A stretch of DNA of 64,000 nt, from assembly GCA_964291625.2 (NCBI GenBank), contig OZ220089.1, positions 416,001 through 480,000 of the forward strand, read 5' to 3'. The notes beneath the pieces were generated by a model. That model was not told the origin of the DNA, made no database searches, and saw only the letters and a program-made list of their open reading frames with translations. Origin of the DNA: Candidatus Latescibacterota bacterium. GTDB taxonomy: Bacteria; Latescibacterota; UBA2968; UBA8231. Position numbers and translations under genes: made by a program. Positions 37,020-47,497 of this stretch are shown here, in pieces. How positions within the stretch are numbered: position 1 is the first letter of the stretch; each line of letters begins with the position of its first letter.

Positions 37020-38405
37020 ATGCTCCTGCGACTGATCCGCAAGGAAGTCCTGCACAACATCCTGAGCTTCCGCTTCGCCGTCACCTACGGCCTGCTCTTC
37101 GTCCTCGTCCTGCTCGCCGTCTTCCTCATGGGCAACGAGCACCGGCAGCGCATGGAGACCTATACCCGGCAGGAGGCCCAGGCCCGGGACCGCCTGGAGG
37201 AGCTGGCCGGGGTGCAGGACGCCACCGAGCAGTTCCGGCAGATCCAGCGCGAGGACTTCGCGGGGGTTCGCCAGCCGGGGGCGCTGGCCGTCCTCGCCCG
37301 CGGTCTCGAGGGCAGCCTGCCGGCGCAGATCTCCTCCGGCGGGTGGTTCACCACGCACAGCTCCGAGGACCGCCTGGGGCGCAACATCCTCCTCGAGATC
37401 TTCCAGGCCCCCGACTTCGCCTACGTGGTCAACATGGTCCTGAGCCTGCTGGCCCTGCTCTTCGTCTTCGACTCCGTCTGCGGCGAGAAGGAGCGGGGCA
37501 CCCTCAAGCTCCTGCTGTCGGGCTCGGTCCCCCGCGACTCGGTGCTGCTGGGCAAGTGGGTGGGCGGCTACCTCTCCATCGCCGGGCCCTTCGCCGCCGC
37601 CGCCGCCGCCGGCTTCCTCTACCTCTCCCTCTCCGGCTCCCTGCCGCTCGAGGCGGAGGTCGTCTCCCGCTTCGCCGCGATCCTCGCCGTCTCCTTCCTC
37701 TATATCTCCGCCTGCTTCAGTCTCGGTCTGCTGATCTCCACCCTCGCCCACCGCGGCGCCACGGCCCTGCTCATGGCGCTGCTGGTGTGGATCGGCTGGA
37801 TCCTGGTGGTGCCCAACGTGGCGCCTGTCGTGGCCCGCCTGGCGGCGCCGGTGCCGTCGCGCCAGGTGATCGACGCCGAACAGCAGGCCATCGACCGCGA
37901 GGCGGAGCTGCTGATGGGGGCCATCCGCAAGAGCAAGGTCTACGGCGACCAGCAGCAGATGGAGCGCATCCGGGAGGAGACCGAGCAGCGCAAGCGCAAG
38001 CTGGACGGATTCTACAAGGACCGCATGTCGCGCCAGACGTCCCTGAGCCAGAACCTGGCGCGCCTGTCGCCGTCGGCCAGCTATCTCCTCGCCGCCACCC
38101 GTCTCGCCGGCACCGGCCCCGACCTCTTCGCCCACTTCTCCGACGCCGTCGAGCGCTTCCACGGCGCCCACGAAGACTTCCGCCGCCAGATGTACGGCAA
38201 CGTCTCCTGGACCGGAGGACCCGATCCGGACATCCAGGACGAGGGCTGGTTCGACCCCGGCGAGGTGCCCCGGCTGTCCATGTTCTCCGAGAGCCTCTCC
38301 GAAGCCTTCGACGGGGCCCTCTTCGACATCCTGCTGCTGTGCGTGTTCAACGTGCTGTTCTTCCTGCTGTCGTACGTCTTCTTCCTCCGATACGACGTCA
38401 CCTGA
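37020..38405 (+). CDS. ABC-2 type permease with large extracytoplasmic domains
   Basis: GEKERGTLKLLLS..R..VLLGK; about 6 TM helices; C-terminal FLRYDV. Confidence 0.85.
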   Translation: MLLRLIRKEVLHNILSFRFAVTYGLLFVLVLLAVFLMGNEHRQRMETYTRQEAQARDRLEELAGVQDATEQFRQIQREDFAGVRQPGALAVLARGLEGSLPAQISSGGWFTTHSSEDRLGRNILLEIFQAPDFAYVVNMVLSLLALLFVFDSVCGEKERGTLKLLLSGSVPRDSVLLGKWVGGYLSIAGPFAAAAAAGFLYLSLSGSLPLEAEVVSRFAAILAVSFLYISACFSLGLLISTLAHRGATALLMALLVWIGWILVVPNVAPVVARLAAPVPSRQVIDAEQQAIDREAELLMGAIRKSKVYGDQQQMERIREETEQRKRKLDGFYKDRMSRQTSLSQNLARLSPSASYLLAATRLAGTGPDLFAHFSDAVERFHGAHEDFRRQMYGNVSWTGGPDPDIQDEGWFDPGEVPRLSMFSESLSEAFDGALFDILLLCVFNVLFFLLSYVFFLRYDVT

Positions 38406-38426
38406 GCCGCCCCCGGGAGAACGCCC

Positions 38427-39860
38427 GTGCTGCTGCACATCGTCCGCAAGGAGCTCCTCGACCAGCTGCTGTCCCTGCGCTTCGCCATCGCCTGCGGCAT
38501 CTGCCTCATCGTCTTCCTGCTCAGCGCCGTGGTCCTGACGCGGGATTACCGCGAGGGCCTGTCCACGTACAACATGAACCGGGTCATGCACCGCAACGAG
38601 CTGCAGCAGCGCAGCGAGATCTGGAGCCTGAACGAGGGGGTCACCGTCGACCGGCCCCTGAACCTCATGAACACGCTGGTGCGCGGCCTGTCGAAGGAGC
38701 TGACCGAGAGCGTCCAGGTGCAGCCCGGGAACCGCCTCGACTTCCCCGAGGGCTGGGAGCAGAACCCGGTGCTGCCCCTCTTCCCGCCGGTGGACTTCGT
38801 CTTCATCGTCGGCATCATACTGAGCCTGCTGGCCCTGGCCTTCGCCTACGACGGGGTCTCGGGCGAGGCCGAGACCGGCGTCCTCAAGCTGCTCATGTCG
38901 TACAGCGCTCCTCGCGACCTGGTGCTCCTCGGCAAGTGGCTCGGCGGCTACCTGGCCCTCGTCGCGCCCTTCACCGTCTCCTTCGTACTCGCCCTCCTCG
39001 TGGTGCTGCTGTTCCCCGACGTGCAGCCCGACGCCGAGAGCTCGCTGGCCCTGCTCGCCCTCTACGGCCTCGCCCTGCTCTACCTCGGCGCCGTGTACAG
39101 CCTGGGCCTCTTCGTCTCCTGCCGCACCAGGCTGGCCTCGACCTCGATCACCGTCCTCCTGCTGCTGTGGGTGTCCCTGATCCTGGCGGTGCCGAACATG
39201 GCGCCGTACGTGGTCAGCCAGGTGGTGCCGATCCCCTCCGCCGAGGAGGTGGACCGCGAGAAGCAGGCCCTGCAGATGGAGCAGCAGCGGCGCTTCCAGG
39301 AGATCATCGCGGAGGAGCAGGAGCGGCTTGGCCGCGACAACGTGTGGGGCGACGAGTCGGTGCAGGAGCGGTTCCGGGTGGCGGCGGAGGAGTCCCAGGC
39401 GGAGATACAGAAGATCGAGGACAGTTTCCGCACCCAGGTGGCGGGGCAGACGCGGCTCTCCGGCATTCTCGCACGCATGTCTCCCCTGACCTCCTTCAAC
39501 CTCGCCGCCTTCGACCTGGCCGCCGCCGGCATCGCCCAGGAGGAGGAGTGGGTGGCGAGCCTGGAGGCCTTCGGCGACACCTGGTCGGCGTACTCGGAGG
39601 AGAAGCAGCGCGCCTACAGGGAGTGGATCCAGGAGCAGATGGCCGCTTCCCCCAGCGGCGGCGTGACCATCACGCCGCAGGACATGGAGCGGTTCAACCA
39701 GGACCTGGACCTGTCCGACGCTCCGCGGTTCGACTTTACCCACATGGGCGTTTCCGACCGCCTCGCCGCGGTCTACGTCGATCTGGCCTTGCTGGCCCTT
39801 TGGAACGTCGCCTTCTTCATGCTCGCCTACCTTTCCTTCCTGCGGTACGACATCAACTGA
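38427..39860 (+). CDS. ABC-2 type permease (paralog)
   Basis: GEAETGVLKLLMS..R..LLGK; C-terminal FLRYDI. Confidence 0.85.
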   Translation: MLLHIVRKELLDQLLSLRFAIACGICLIVFLLSAVVLTRDYREGLSTYNMNRVMHRNELQQRSEIWSLNEGVTVDRPLNLMNTLVRGLSKELTESVQVQPGNRLDFPEGWEQNPVLPLFPPVDFVFIVGIILSLLALAFAYDGVSGEAETGVLKLLMSYSAPRDLVLLGKWLGGYLALVAPFTVSFVLALLVVLLFPDVQPDAESSLALLALYGLALLYLGAVYSLGLFVSCRTRLASTSITVLLLLWVSLILAVPNMAPYVVSQVVPIPSAEEVDREKQALQMEQQRRFQEIIAEEQERLGRDNVWGDESVQERFRVAAEESQAEIQKIEDSFRTQVAGQTRLSGILARMSPLTSFNLAAFDLAAAGIAQEEEWVASLEAFGDTWSAYSEEKQRAYREWIQEQMAASPSGGVTITPQDMERFNQDLDLSDAPRFDFTHMGVSDRLAAVYVDLALLALWNVAFFMLAYLSFLRYDIN

Positions 39861-39909
39861 CCCAGGCCCGCCCCGGGCGATCCAGACCGATCGGGCCACA
39901 GGAGACTCC

Positions 39910-40839
39910 ATGGCCCATCACGAGTTCGTCCCCGACCACTACCACAACACCCTCGGCTGGCACGAGCCGGTCCTCGAGGTCGCCCCGGGGGACTCGGTCT
40001 CGACGACCACCGTCGACGCCCGCGGCCGGGACCGCCACGGCCAGCAGGTGGCGGTCCGGGGCAACCCCCAGACCGGCCCCTTCCACGTCACCGGCGCCGA
40101 GCCCGGGGACGCGCTGGCGGTCACCCTCGACCTGGTGAGGCCCAACCGGCCCTGGGGCTTCACCGCCACCGCCGTGGCCCCCAACGTGCTCGACCCCGGC
40201 TTCCGGCCGCGCTTCGACGACGATCTCGAGGTCACCCGCTGGGAGGTCGACGTGGAGGCCGGCAGCGTGCGCCTCAGCGAGCCCGAGGGCCCCCTGTCGC
40301 GGCTCTCCCTGCCCCTGGACCCGATGGTCGGCTGCTTCGGCGTGGCCCCCGAGAGAGGGCAGGCGATCTCCACGGCCACCTCCCACCGCCACGGCGGCAA
40401 CATGGACTACCGGGGCTTCCGCCAGGGGGTGACCGTCTGGTTCCCCGTCTTCGCGCCGGGGGCCCTGTTCCACATCGGCGACGGCCACGCCGTGCAGGGC
40501 GACGGCGAGATCGTCGGCACGGGGGTGGAGATCTCCTTCGACGTGCGCTTCACCCTCGACCTGGTGAAGGGCTCGTCCATCGGCTGGCCGCGGGCCGAGG
40601 ACGACACCTGGCTGATGACGGCGGGCAACGCCCGGCCCCTGGACCAGTGCGTGCAGCACGCCACCACCGAGATGCTGCGCTGGCTGGAGACCGACCACGG
40701 CCTCGACGCCCGCACCGCCCACCTGCTCCTGGGGCAGGCGGTGGCCTACGACCTGGGGAACATCTACGACCCCGCGTACACCATGATCTGCAAGGTGAGG
40801 AAGAGCCACGTGGAGGCGATCCGGGGACAGGCCCCATGA
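39910..40839 (+). CDS. Acetamidase/formamidase family protein
   Basis: TGPFHVTGAEPGD, HGGNMD, GDGHAVQGDGE. Confidence 0.9.
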   Translation: MAHHEFVPDHYHNTLGWHEPVLEVAPGDSVSTTTVDARGRDRHGQQVAVRGNPQTGPFHVTGAEPGDALAVTLDLVRPNRPWGFTATAVAPNVLDPGFRPRFDDDLEVTRWEVDVEAGSVRLSEPEGPLSRLSLPLDPMVGCFGVAPERGQAISTATSHRHGGNMDYRGFRQGVTVWFPVFAPGALFHIGDGHAVQGDGEIVGTGVEISFDVRFTLDLVKGSSIGWPRAEDDTWLMTAGNARPLDQCVQHATTEMLRWLETDHGLDARTAHLLLGQAVAYDLGNIYDPAYTMICKVRKSHVEAIRGQAP

Positions 40840-41750
40840 GCAACCACGTCGTCGTGACCTGCGTCTCCTACGCCCCCATCAGCGGCTCCGACGAGGAGGT
40901 CGTGGAGCGCACCCACGAGGACCTGAAGGGGCTCGTGGGGCGCGCCGCCCGGGCCACGCGGCCGGACCTCGTGGTCCTGCCCGAGACGATCTGCCGCACC
41001 TTCGACGAGGAGGTCCCCGAGGGCCCCACGTCTCAACTGCTGGCCGGCCTGGCGCGGGAGCACGGCTGCTACGTCACCGTGCCCGTGCACCAGAAGGAGC
41101 CCGCCACCGGCGCCGTGTACAACGTCCTCGGCCTTCTCGACCGCCAGGGGGAGCTGGCCGGCGTCTACCGCAAGTACATCCCCGTGTACCCCGAGTTCGA
41201 CCACGGCACCCGCCCGGGCCCGGGGGCGCACCTGATCGAGACCGACTTCGGCCCCGTGGGCGGGGTCATCTGCTTCGACCTGAACTTCGGCGAGCTGCGG
41301 GCCGAGTACAAGAAGCTCAAGCCGCGGCTGCTGCTCTTCAGCTCCATGTACCACGGCGGCCTGGTGCAGCACTTCTGGGCCCTCGACGTGCAGGCGTTCT
41401 TCGCCGGCTCCGTGTACCGGGGCACGCCCTGCTCCATCATCGATCCCCAGGGCACCACCCTGGCCGAGAGCAACAACTACCTGCCCTGGGCCTCGGCCCG
41501 CGTCAACCTGGACTACGAGATCGTGCACCTCGACCGCAACCAGGGCCGGTACGACGAGATCCACGGGAAGTACGGCGACGCCGTGCGCATCGTCACCACC
41601 GGGCAGGTGGGCACCTCCGTCCTCTACAGCGAGGCGGAGGAGCGCACCGCCGCCGACATCGTCGAGGAGTTCGAGCTGATCCGGCTGGACGACTACTTCG
41701 ACTGGTCGCGCAAACTGCGCGCGGAGCAGCTGGAGAAGGCCCCGGCCTGA
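40836..41750 (+). CDS. Carbon-nitrogen hydrolase (nitrilase family)
   Basis: LPE, YRK, ICFD catalytic triad motifs. Confidence 0.85.
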   Translation: MSNHVVVTCVSYAPISGSDEEVVERTHEDLKGLVGRAARATRPDLVVLPETICRTFDEEVPEGPTSQLLAGLAREHGCYVTVPVHQKEPATGAVYNVLGLLDRQGELAGVYRKYIPVYPEFDHGTRPGPGAHLIETDFGPVGGVICFDLNFGELRAEYKKLKPRLLLFSSMYHGGLVQHFWALDVQAFFAGSVYRGTPCSIIDPQGTTLAESNNYLPWASARVNLDYEIVHLDRNQGRYDEIHGKYGDAVRIVTTGQVGTSVLYSEAEERTAADIVEEFELIRLDDYFDWSRKLRAEQLEKAPA

Positions 41751-41842
41751 GCCGCTGGACGGACCCCGGTCCGGGCGGGTTATTCTACTTCAATACAACG
41801 CCACATCGTCTCACACCGTCCCACCCCGCCGAGGGAGCCCGG

Positions 41843-42853
41843 ATGTCCCCTGCCCTTCTTCTTCTCCTGATCCTGCTGCCCGGCGCGCTCACCGGCCAGG
41901 AGCGCCCGCCGACACCGGTCATCGTCGCCGAGGTCCTCGAGCAGCCGCTGGTCGAGGACCTCTCCTTCGTCGGGCGCATCCTGCCGGTGCGCTCCAGCCG
42001 CGTCGCCGCCGAGACCGAAGGCAAGGTGGTGCAGCGGTTCAGGGACGCCGGTCAGACCGTGCGCGCCGGCGACCCCCTCTTCGCGCTGGCCAACGATCCG
42101 CTCCAGGCCGCCCTGGACGAGGCCGAGGCCGATCTGGCCCTGCGCCGGTTCATCCACGACGGCAGCCGCCGCCTGCGAGCCACCGAAGCGGTCTCCGAGC
42201 AGGACCTGCGCATCGAGGCCTTCGAGCTGGCCCGGGCCGAAGCCCGCCTGAGCGGCCTGAAGGCCCAGGTGGAAGACCTCCTCGTCCGCGCCCCCTTTTC
42301 CGGGCACATCGTCCGCACCGCCACCGAGGTCGGCGAGTGGGTCGGCCGCGGCGGCGAGATCGCCCAGGTGATCTCCATCGACACGGTGCGCGCCATCGTC
42401 GAGGTGCCCGAGCACCACGTGCCGCAGCTGGCCCTGGGGGACAGCGGCGCCATCTTCGTCGATGCCCTCGGCGGCGATCCCGTCCACGGCCTCGTGACCG
42501 CCATCTCCGCCGAGGGCTACCCCTCCTCCCGCACCTTCCCGGTCGTCGTCGAGGCCGCCAATCCGGAAGGCCGGATGCGCAGCAACATGTCGGCCCGGGT
42601 GCGCTTCCGGATCGCCCAGACGAGGCCGTCGCTCCTGGTGCACAAGGACGCCCTGGTCTCCGGTCCTCGGGGACAGGTGGTCTACCTCGCCCGCGACGGG
42701 ATGGCCCACGGCCGCCCCGTCGAAGCCGGGCTGGCGCACCAGGGCTACGTGGCCGTCACGGGCGAGCTGGCACCCGGCGATCTGGCCGTGGTGCGCGGCA
42801 ACGAGCGGCTGCGCGACGGCCAGGCCGTGCGCATCATCCGCAGGCAGCCGTAG
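41843..42853 (+). CDS. RND efflux periplasmic adaptor (MFP)
   Basis: Lipoyl-like halves (G.V....G..V..GD.L; RAPFSG), hairpin, SRTF, VVRGNERLRDG. Confidence 0.9.
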   Translation: MSPALLLLLILLPGALTGQERPPTPVIVAEVLEQPLVEDLSFVGRILPVRSSRVAAETEGKVVQRFRDAGQTVRAGDPLFALANDPLQAALDEAEADLALRRFIHDGSRRLRATEAVSEQDLRIEAFELARAEARLSGLKAQVEDLLVRAPFSGHIVRTATEVGEWVGRGGEIAQVISIDTVRAIVEVPEHHVPQLALGDSGAIFVDALGGDPVHGLVTAISAEGYPSSRTFPVVVEAANPEGRMRSNMSARVRFRIAQTRPSLLVHKDALVSGPRGQVVYLARDGMAHGRPVEAGLAHQGYVAVTGELAPGDLAVVRGNERLRDGQAVRIIRRQP

Positions 42854-42859
42854 ACCGTC

Positions 42860-45800
42860 ATGCGCCTGATCGCCACAGCCATCCAGCGGCCCGTCAGCGT
42901 GACCGTCGGCGTGCTCCTGGTGGCGCTCTTCGGCCTGATCTCCCTCTTCCGGATCCCCGTTCAGCTCACGCCGGACATCGACCGGCCGATCATCACGGTC
43001 TCCACCGTGTGGCCGGGGGCCAGCCCGGAAGAGGTCGAGCAGGAGATCGTCCAGCGCCAGGAGGAACAGCTGAGGAGCGTCGAGGGACTGGTGCTGATGA
43101 CCAGCGAGAGCAACGACAGCCGCGGGGTCGTCTCCCTCGAGTTCAGCGTCGGCGTCGATCCCGACGCGGTGATGCTGCTGGTCTCCAACAAGCTCGACCA
43201 GGTCTTCGGCTATCCCCTCGACGCCGAGCGGCCGGTGATCTCGGCCGGCGGCAGCGGGCCGAGCGGGGCGATCACCTGGATCATGCTCCAACCCCTTCCG
43301 GACCGCGGCGACCTGGACATCGAACGCTACCGCGACTACGCCGAGGAAGTCGTCAAGACCGCCCTCGAGCGCGTGCCCGGCGTCTCCCGGAGCAACATCT
43401 ACGGCGGCTACGAACGGCAGCTCCAGGTCATCGTCGATCCCCGGGCCATGGCCGCCCGCCAGATCACCGTCCAGGACCTGGCCCAGGCCCTCACCCGCGA
43501 GAACGCCAATACCAGCGCCGGGACCTTCGACGAGGGCAAGCGCCGCTACATCGTGCGCACCGTCGGCCAGTACCAGCAGCCCGCGGACATCGAGAAGGTC
43601 GTCGTCCGCTCGGCCGACGGCACCCGGGTCACCGTCGGCGAGATCGCCCGCACCCGCCTCGGCTACGTCCGCACCGTGGCCTCCGTGCGGCAGAAGGGCA
43701 CCCCGGCGATCGCCATCAACGCCCAGCGCGAGACCGGGGCCAACGTCCTCGAGGTCATGGACGGCATCCGCCTCACCCTCCGCGAGCTCAACGAGGGGCC
43801 GCTGGCCCGCGAGGGCCTCTACCTGAAGCAGGTCTACGACGAGACCGACTACATCGACAGCGCCATCGGCCTGGTGCGCTCCAACATCGTCATCGGCGGC
43901 GCCCTGGCGGTGACGGTGCTCTTCATCTTCCTGCGCAGCGTCAGCTCGGTGGCGATCATCGCCACGGCGATCCCGATCTCGATCGTCGGCACCTTCCTGG
44001 CCATGGGGCTCCTGGGCCGCAACATCAACGTCATCAGCCTGGCGGGGATGAGCTTTGCCGTGGGCATGGTCATCGACAACGCCATCGTCGCCCTCGAGAA
44101 CATCTTCCGCCACCAGCAGATGGGGAAGACCCGCGTGCGCGCGGCCCTCGACGGGGCCTCGGAGGTCTGGGGGGCGCTCCTGGCCAGCACCCTGACCACG
44201 GTGGCCATCTTCCTGCCCATCGTCTTCGTCGAGGACGAGGCCGGTCAGCTCTTCCGCGACATCGCCATCGCCGTCTCCTGCTCGGTCGTGCTCAGCCTGA
44301 TCGTGGCCATCTCCGTCATCCCCAGCCTGGCCAACAAGATCCTCGGCGGCGGCGAGCGGCGCCGGAGCCGACTGGTCGCCTGGGGCGAAGGGGTGCGGAC
44401 CTTCATCGCCCGGAGCGTCTTCCGCATCAGCGGCAGCACGGTGCTGCGCATGGGGGTCATCGCCGGGCTGATCGGCCTGTCGCTGGGCATCGCAATCACC
44501 CTGCTGCCCAAGTCGGAATACCTGCCCACGGGCAACCGCAACCTGATCTTCGGCATCGTCCTGCCGCCCCCCGGCTACAACCTCGACGAGCTGATCCAGG
44601 TGGGCCAGACGATCGAGGACGTCCTGCGGCCCCACTGGGAGGCGGCCTCCGACCCCGACGGCCCCCAGGCCCAGGCGCTGTCGGGACCGCCGATCGCCAA
44701 CATGTTCTTCGTCGCCTTCGGCCGCTCGGCCTTCATGGGCGCGCGCTCGACCGACCCGGCGCGCGTGCGCGAGCTGATCCCGATCATCCAGGGGCCGGTC
44801 CTGGGCGGGGTGCCGGGGACGTTCGCCGTGGTGCAGCAGTCGAGCCTCTTCCAGCGCGCCACCGGCAGCGGGCGCTCCATCGACATCGACATCACCGGGC
44901 CCGACCTGGACCACCTCGTCGGGCTGGGGGGGCGGATCTTCGGCCAAGTCCGGCAGGTCGTGCCCGGGTCCCAGGCCCGCCCCATTCCCAGCCTCGACCT
45001 GGGCAATCCGGAAGTCCGCATCCTCCCCGACCGCGTGCGCGCCGCCGACCTGGGGCTCTCGGCGCGGGAGATCGGCTCGGCGGTCAACGCCTTGATGGAC
45101 GGGGCCCTCGTCGACGGCTACCAGTTCCAGGGGGAGGAGATCGACCTGGTGCTCCGGGGCGAGGAGGACTGGTTCCGCACCCAGGACATCGCCAACCTGC
45201 CGATCTACACCCCCCGCGGCCAGCTGGTGCCGCTCAGCGCCGTGGCGCGAGTCGAGGTGACCACCGGCCCCGAGCAGATCAACCACATCGAGCGGGACCG
45301 GGCGATCACCGTCCGGGTCATCCCGCCGGAGACGGTTCCCCTGGAGACCGCCCTCGACGCGCTCCAGACCAAGATCGTCCAGCCCCTCGTCGATTCCGGC
45401 GACCTGGTCCCGCCCTACCAGATCCGACTGTCCGGCTCGGCCGACGACCTGCGGCGCACCCGCCAGGCCCTGCAGTGGAACTTCCTCCTGGCCCTGCTCA
45501 TCACCTACCTGCTGATGGCGGCGCTCTTCGAGAGCTTCCTCTACCCCTTCGTCATCATGCTCAGCGTGCCGCCGGCCCTGGCGGGCGGCATCCTCGGGCT
45601 GGAGGTCGTCAACCGCACCCTGACCTACCAACCCCTCGACATCCTCACCATGCTCGGCTTCGTCATCCTCATCGGGGTGGTGGTCAACAACGCCATCCTC
45701 ATCGTCCACCAGACGCTGAACATCCTGCGGGAGGCGCCCGAGACCCCGCTCAGAGAGGCGATCCACGACGCCGTCTACAGCCGCGTGCGGCCGATCTTCA

Positions 45801-46000
45801 TGTCGACCATCACCAGCGCCCTGGGCATGCTGCCGCTGGTCATCTTCCCCGGCGCCGGGTCCGAGCTCTACCGGGGTCTGGGCAGCGTCGTGATCGGGGG
45901 GCTGCTGCTGTCGACGCTGTTCACCCTCTTTCTGGTGCCTACCTTCCTCAGCCTGGCGATGGACCTGAGGGCCTGGATCGGCCGGGGCGGGAGGGTGTAG
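42860..46000 (+). CDS. RND efflux permease (AcrB/AcrD/AcrF family)
   Basis: GMVIDNAIVALENI, VVNNAIL, RVRPIFMST; two large periplasmic loops. Confidence 0.95.
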   Translation: MRLIATAIQRPVSVTVGVLLVALFGLISLFRIPVQLTPDIDRPIITVSTVWPGASPEEVEQEIVQRQEEQLRSVEGLVLMTSESNDSRGVVSLEFSVGVDPDAVMLLVSNKLDQVFGYPLDAERPVISAGGSGPSGAITWIMLQPLPDRGDLDIERYRDYAEEVVKTALERVPGVSRSNIYGGYERQLQVIVDPRAMAARQITVQDLAQALTRENANTSAGTFDEGKRRYIVRTVGQYQQPADIEKVVVRSADGTRVTVGEIARTRLGYVRTVASVRQKGTPAIAINAQRETGANVLEVMDGIRLTLRELNEGPLAREGLYLKQVYDETDYIDSAIGLVRSNIVIGGALAVTVLFIFLRSVSSVAIIATAIPISIVGTFLAMGLLGRNINVISLAGMSFAVGMVIDNAIVALENIFRHQQMGKTRVRAALDGASEVWGALLASTLTTVAIFLPIVFVEDEAGQLFRDIAIAVSCSVVLSLIVAISVIPSLANKILGGGERRRSRLVAWGEGVRTFIARSVFRISGSTVLRMGVIAGLIGLSLGIAITLLPKSEYLPTGNRNLIFGIVLPPPGYNLDELIQVGQTIEDVLRPHWEAASDPDGPQAQALSGPPIANMFFVAFGRSAFMGARSTDPARVRELIPIIQGPVLGGVPGTFAVVQQSSLFQRATGSGRSIDIDITGPDLDHLVGLGGRIFGQVRQVVPGSQARPIPSLDLGNPEVRILPDRVRAADLGLSAREIGSAVNALMDGALVDGYQFQGEEIDLVLRGEEDWFRTQDIANLPIYTPRGQLVPLSAVARVEVTTGPEQINHIERDRAITVRVIPPETVPLETALDALQTKIVQPLVDSGDLVPPYQIRLSGSADDLRRTRQALQWNFLLALLITYLLMAALFESFLYPFVIMLSVPPALAGGILGLEVVNRTLTYQPLDILTMLGFVILIGVVVNNAILIVHQTLNILREAPETPLREAIHDAVYSRVRPIFMSTITSALGMLPLVIFPGAGSELYRGLGSVVIGGLLLSTLFTLFLVPTFLSLAMDLRAWIGRGGRV

Positions 46001-46178
46001 AGGGCGGACCTCCCATGTCACCGAGCAAGCTGTTGCGCCAAGCCCTGAACCCATGGCCGGAAGAAGAGCGGCAGATCGCAAGAGGAAGTCGCCGATCTTC
46101 TCGGCAACCAGGCAGACACAGTCAAGAGACCATCTGCGCACCTCGCGCGGCCACCTCGGAAGAAAGGTTGTTTGCTTT

Positions 46179-47420
46179 ATGGTAGAGGACAATCTGCAGA
46201 AAGACCGTCCTTCGGGAGAGGAAGGTCCTGTCCATCAGGTCCTCCGTCTGATCGCACCGCAAGAAACCAAACACAGCGAGGACATCTACTCGCTCTTCGA
46301 CGCACTGGGCCGACCGGATCTGCGGGAGATGGGCCGGGCCGGACGGATCGCCGACAGCAAGCACGACTGGAAAACCTCCCGCGTCGGCTTTGTCGGTGAC
46401 CAGATCGCCACATACTATGGCGTATACGACCTCACCGTGCGGGTCGGGACCGCCCGTGTGAAGGCCGCTGGCGAGAATCTCTGCTATACTCACCCCGCCT
46501 ACGGGGAACGCTTCGGTGAGTTGATGGACCAAACGGTGGCGGAGGCGCTCGAAGCTATGCGCGACCAAGGCTACGACCTCGTCATCAACCTGGCCGGGCG
46601 AGAGTATGCTCGCTATGGCTATGTGCCGGTTTGGCGCTGCGAAGAGTGGAGAGTGGAGACAGCGGAGCTGCCACGCGAAGCGCCGGACTTTGAGTTGCAG
46701 CCCTTCGCGCCGACGCACCGCGAGGATCTGGCGGCGGTGTACAACAACACCAACGAGACGCTGACCGGTACTACCGTACGGCCGACCTATTTCCAGAACA
46801 AGGAGCCCGGCGGTTTCCAGGGCTGGCTGTGGACCGACGATAAGGATCGGCCTAGAGGCTATGTCACAGGCGGAGATGGGGGGAAGGATGTCTACGTCGA
46901 CGAACACGCGGGTCCAGCCGATGAGGTCCTCCAGGCCCTGGCGCTGATCGCGCGCCGTGGGGCCCATGATACGGTCCGCTTCCGGGGGTTGCCCTACAAC
47001 AGCCCCGTGGGCCAGAAGCTGAGGCAACTCCCCTCGTGCTCGATCGAATGGGTGGGTCCGCCCCGGGTTTATTTCGCCCGCATCGTCAACCTGCAATCCT
47101 TGTTCGAAAATCTGGTGCCCGAGCTGTCACGGCGCCTGGGAGCCTTCCCATTGGTGCAATGGGAAGGGGATCTGCTGATTTCAACGGGGGAGGAAGAGGT
47201 CGCCCTGCGCATCAAAGGGGCGGACGTAAGCGTCGTAACCACGGGAGAGATGACGCACGCGATTCGCGGCGGGCAGGATATCGTGCAGTTGGCGTTGGGG
47301 ACGGATACGCCGGAGGATGTGGTGGAACGCAATGGCATACGGCTCAGCGGTGATGCCGAGCAACTGGCAAAGATACTCTTTCCCGCGCAATACCCGATGT
47401 TCGGGAATCAGGACCTGTAA
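46179..47420 (+). CDS. Eis-like GNAT acetyltransferase with SCP2-like C-terminus
   Basis: THPAY..G.LM, YARYGY, ARIVNL..L; AGAAAGG RBS. Confidence 0.65.
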   Translation: MVEDNLQKDRPSGEEGPVHQVLRLIAPQETKHSEDIYSLFDALGRPDLREMGRAGRIADSKHDWKTSRVGFVGDQIATYYGVYDLTVRVGTARVKAAGENLCYTHPAYGERFGELMDQTVAEALEAMRDQGYDLVINLAGREYARYGYVPVWRCEEWRVETAELPREAPDFELQPFAPTHREDLAAVYNNTNETLTGTTVRPTYFQNKEPGGFQGWLWTDDKDRPRGYVTGGDGGKDVYVDEHAGPADEVLQALALIARRGAHDTVRFRGLPYNSPVGQKLRQLPSCSIEWVGPPRVYFARIVNLQSLFENLVPELSRRLGAFPLVQWEGDLLISTGEEEVALRIKGADVSVVTTGEMTHAIRGGQDIVQLALGTDTPEDVVERNGIRLSGDAEQLAKILFPAQYPMFGNQDL

Positions 47421-47497
47421 TCGGGCGGTCGTGTTGCAGCTCGTATCGGTGACTTGCTCTGCCTGACTCATTGGTCACGAAGCCACAGGAGATCCCC

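Noticed and set aside
41780-46192. 1470-aa minus-strand ORF (and similar long ORFs such as 36831-39911, 42337-46185, 18623-21061)
   Set aside because: Antisense or off-frame shadows of well-supported genes; expected in very high-GC DNA and lacking motifs
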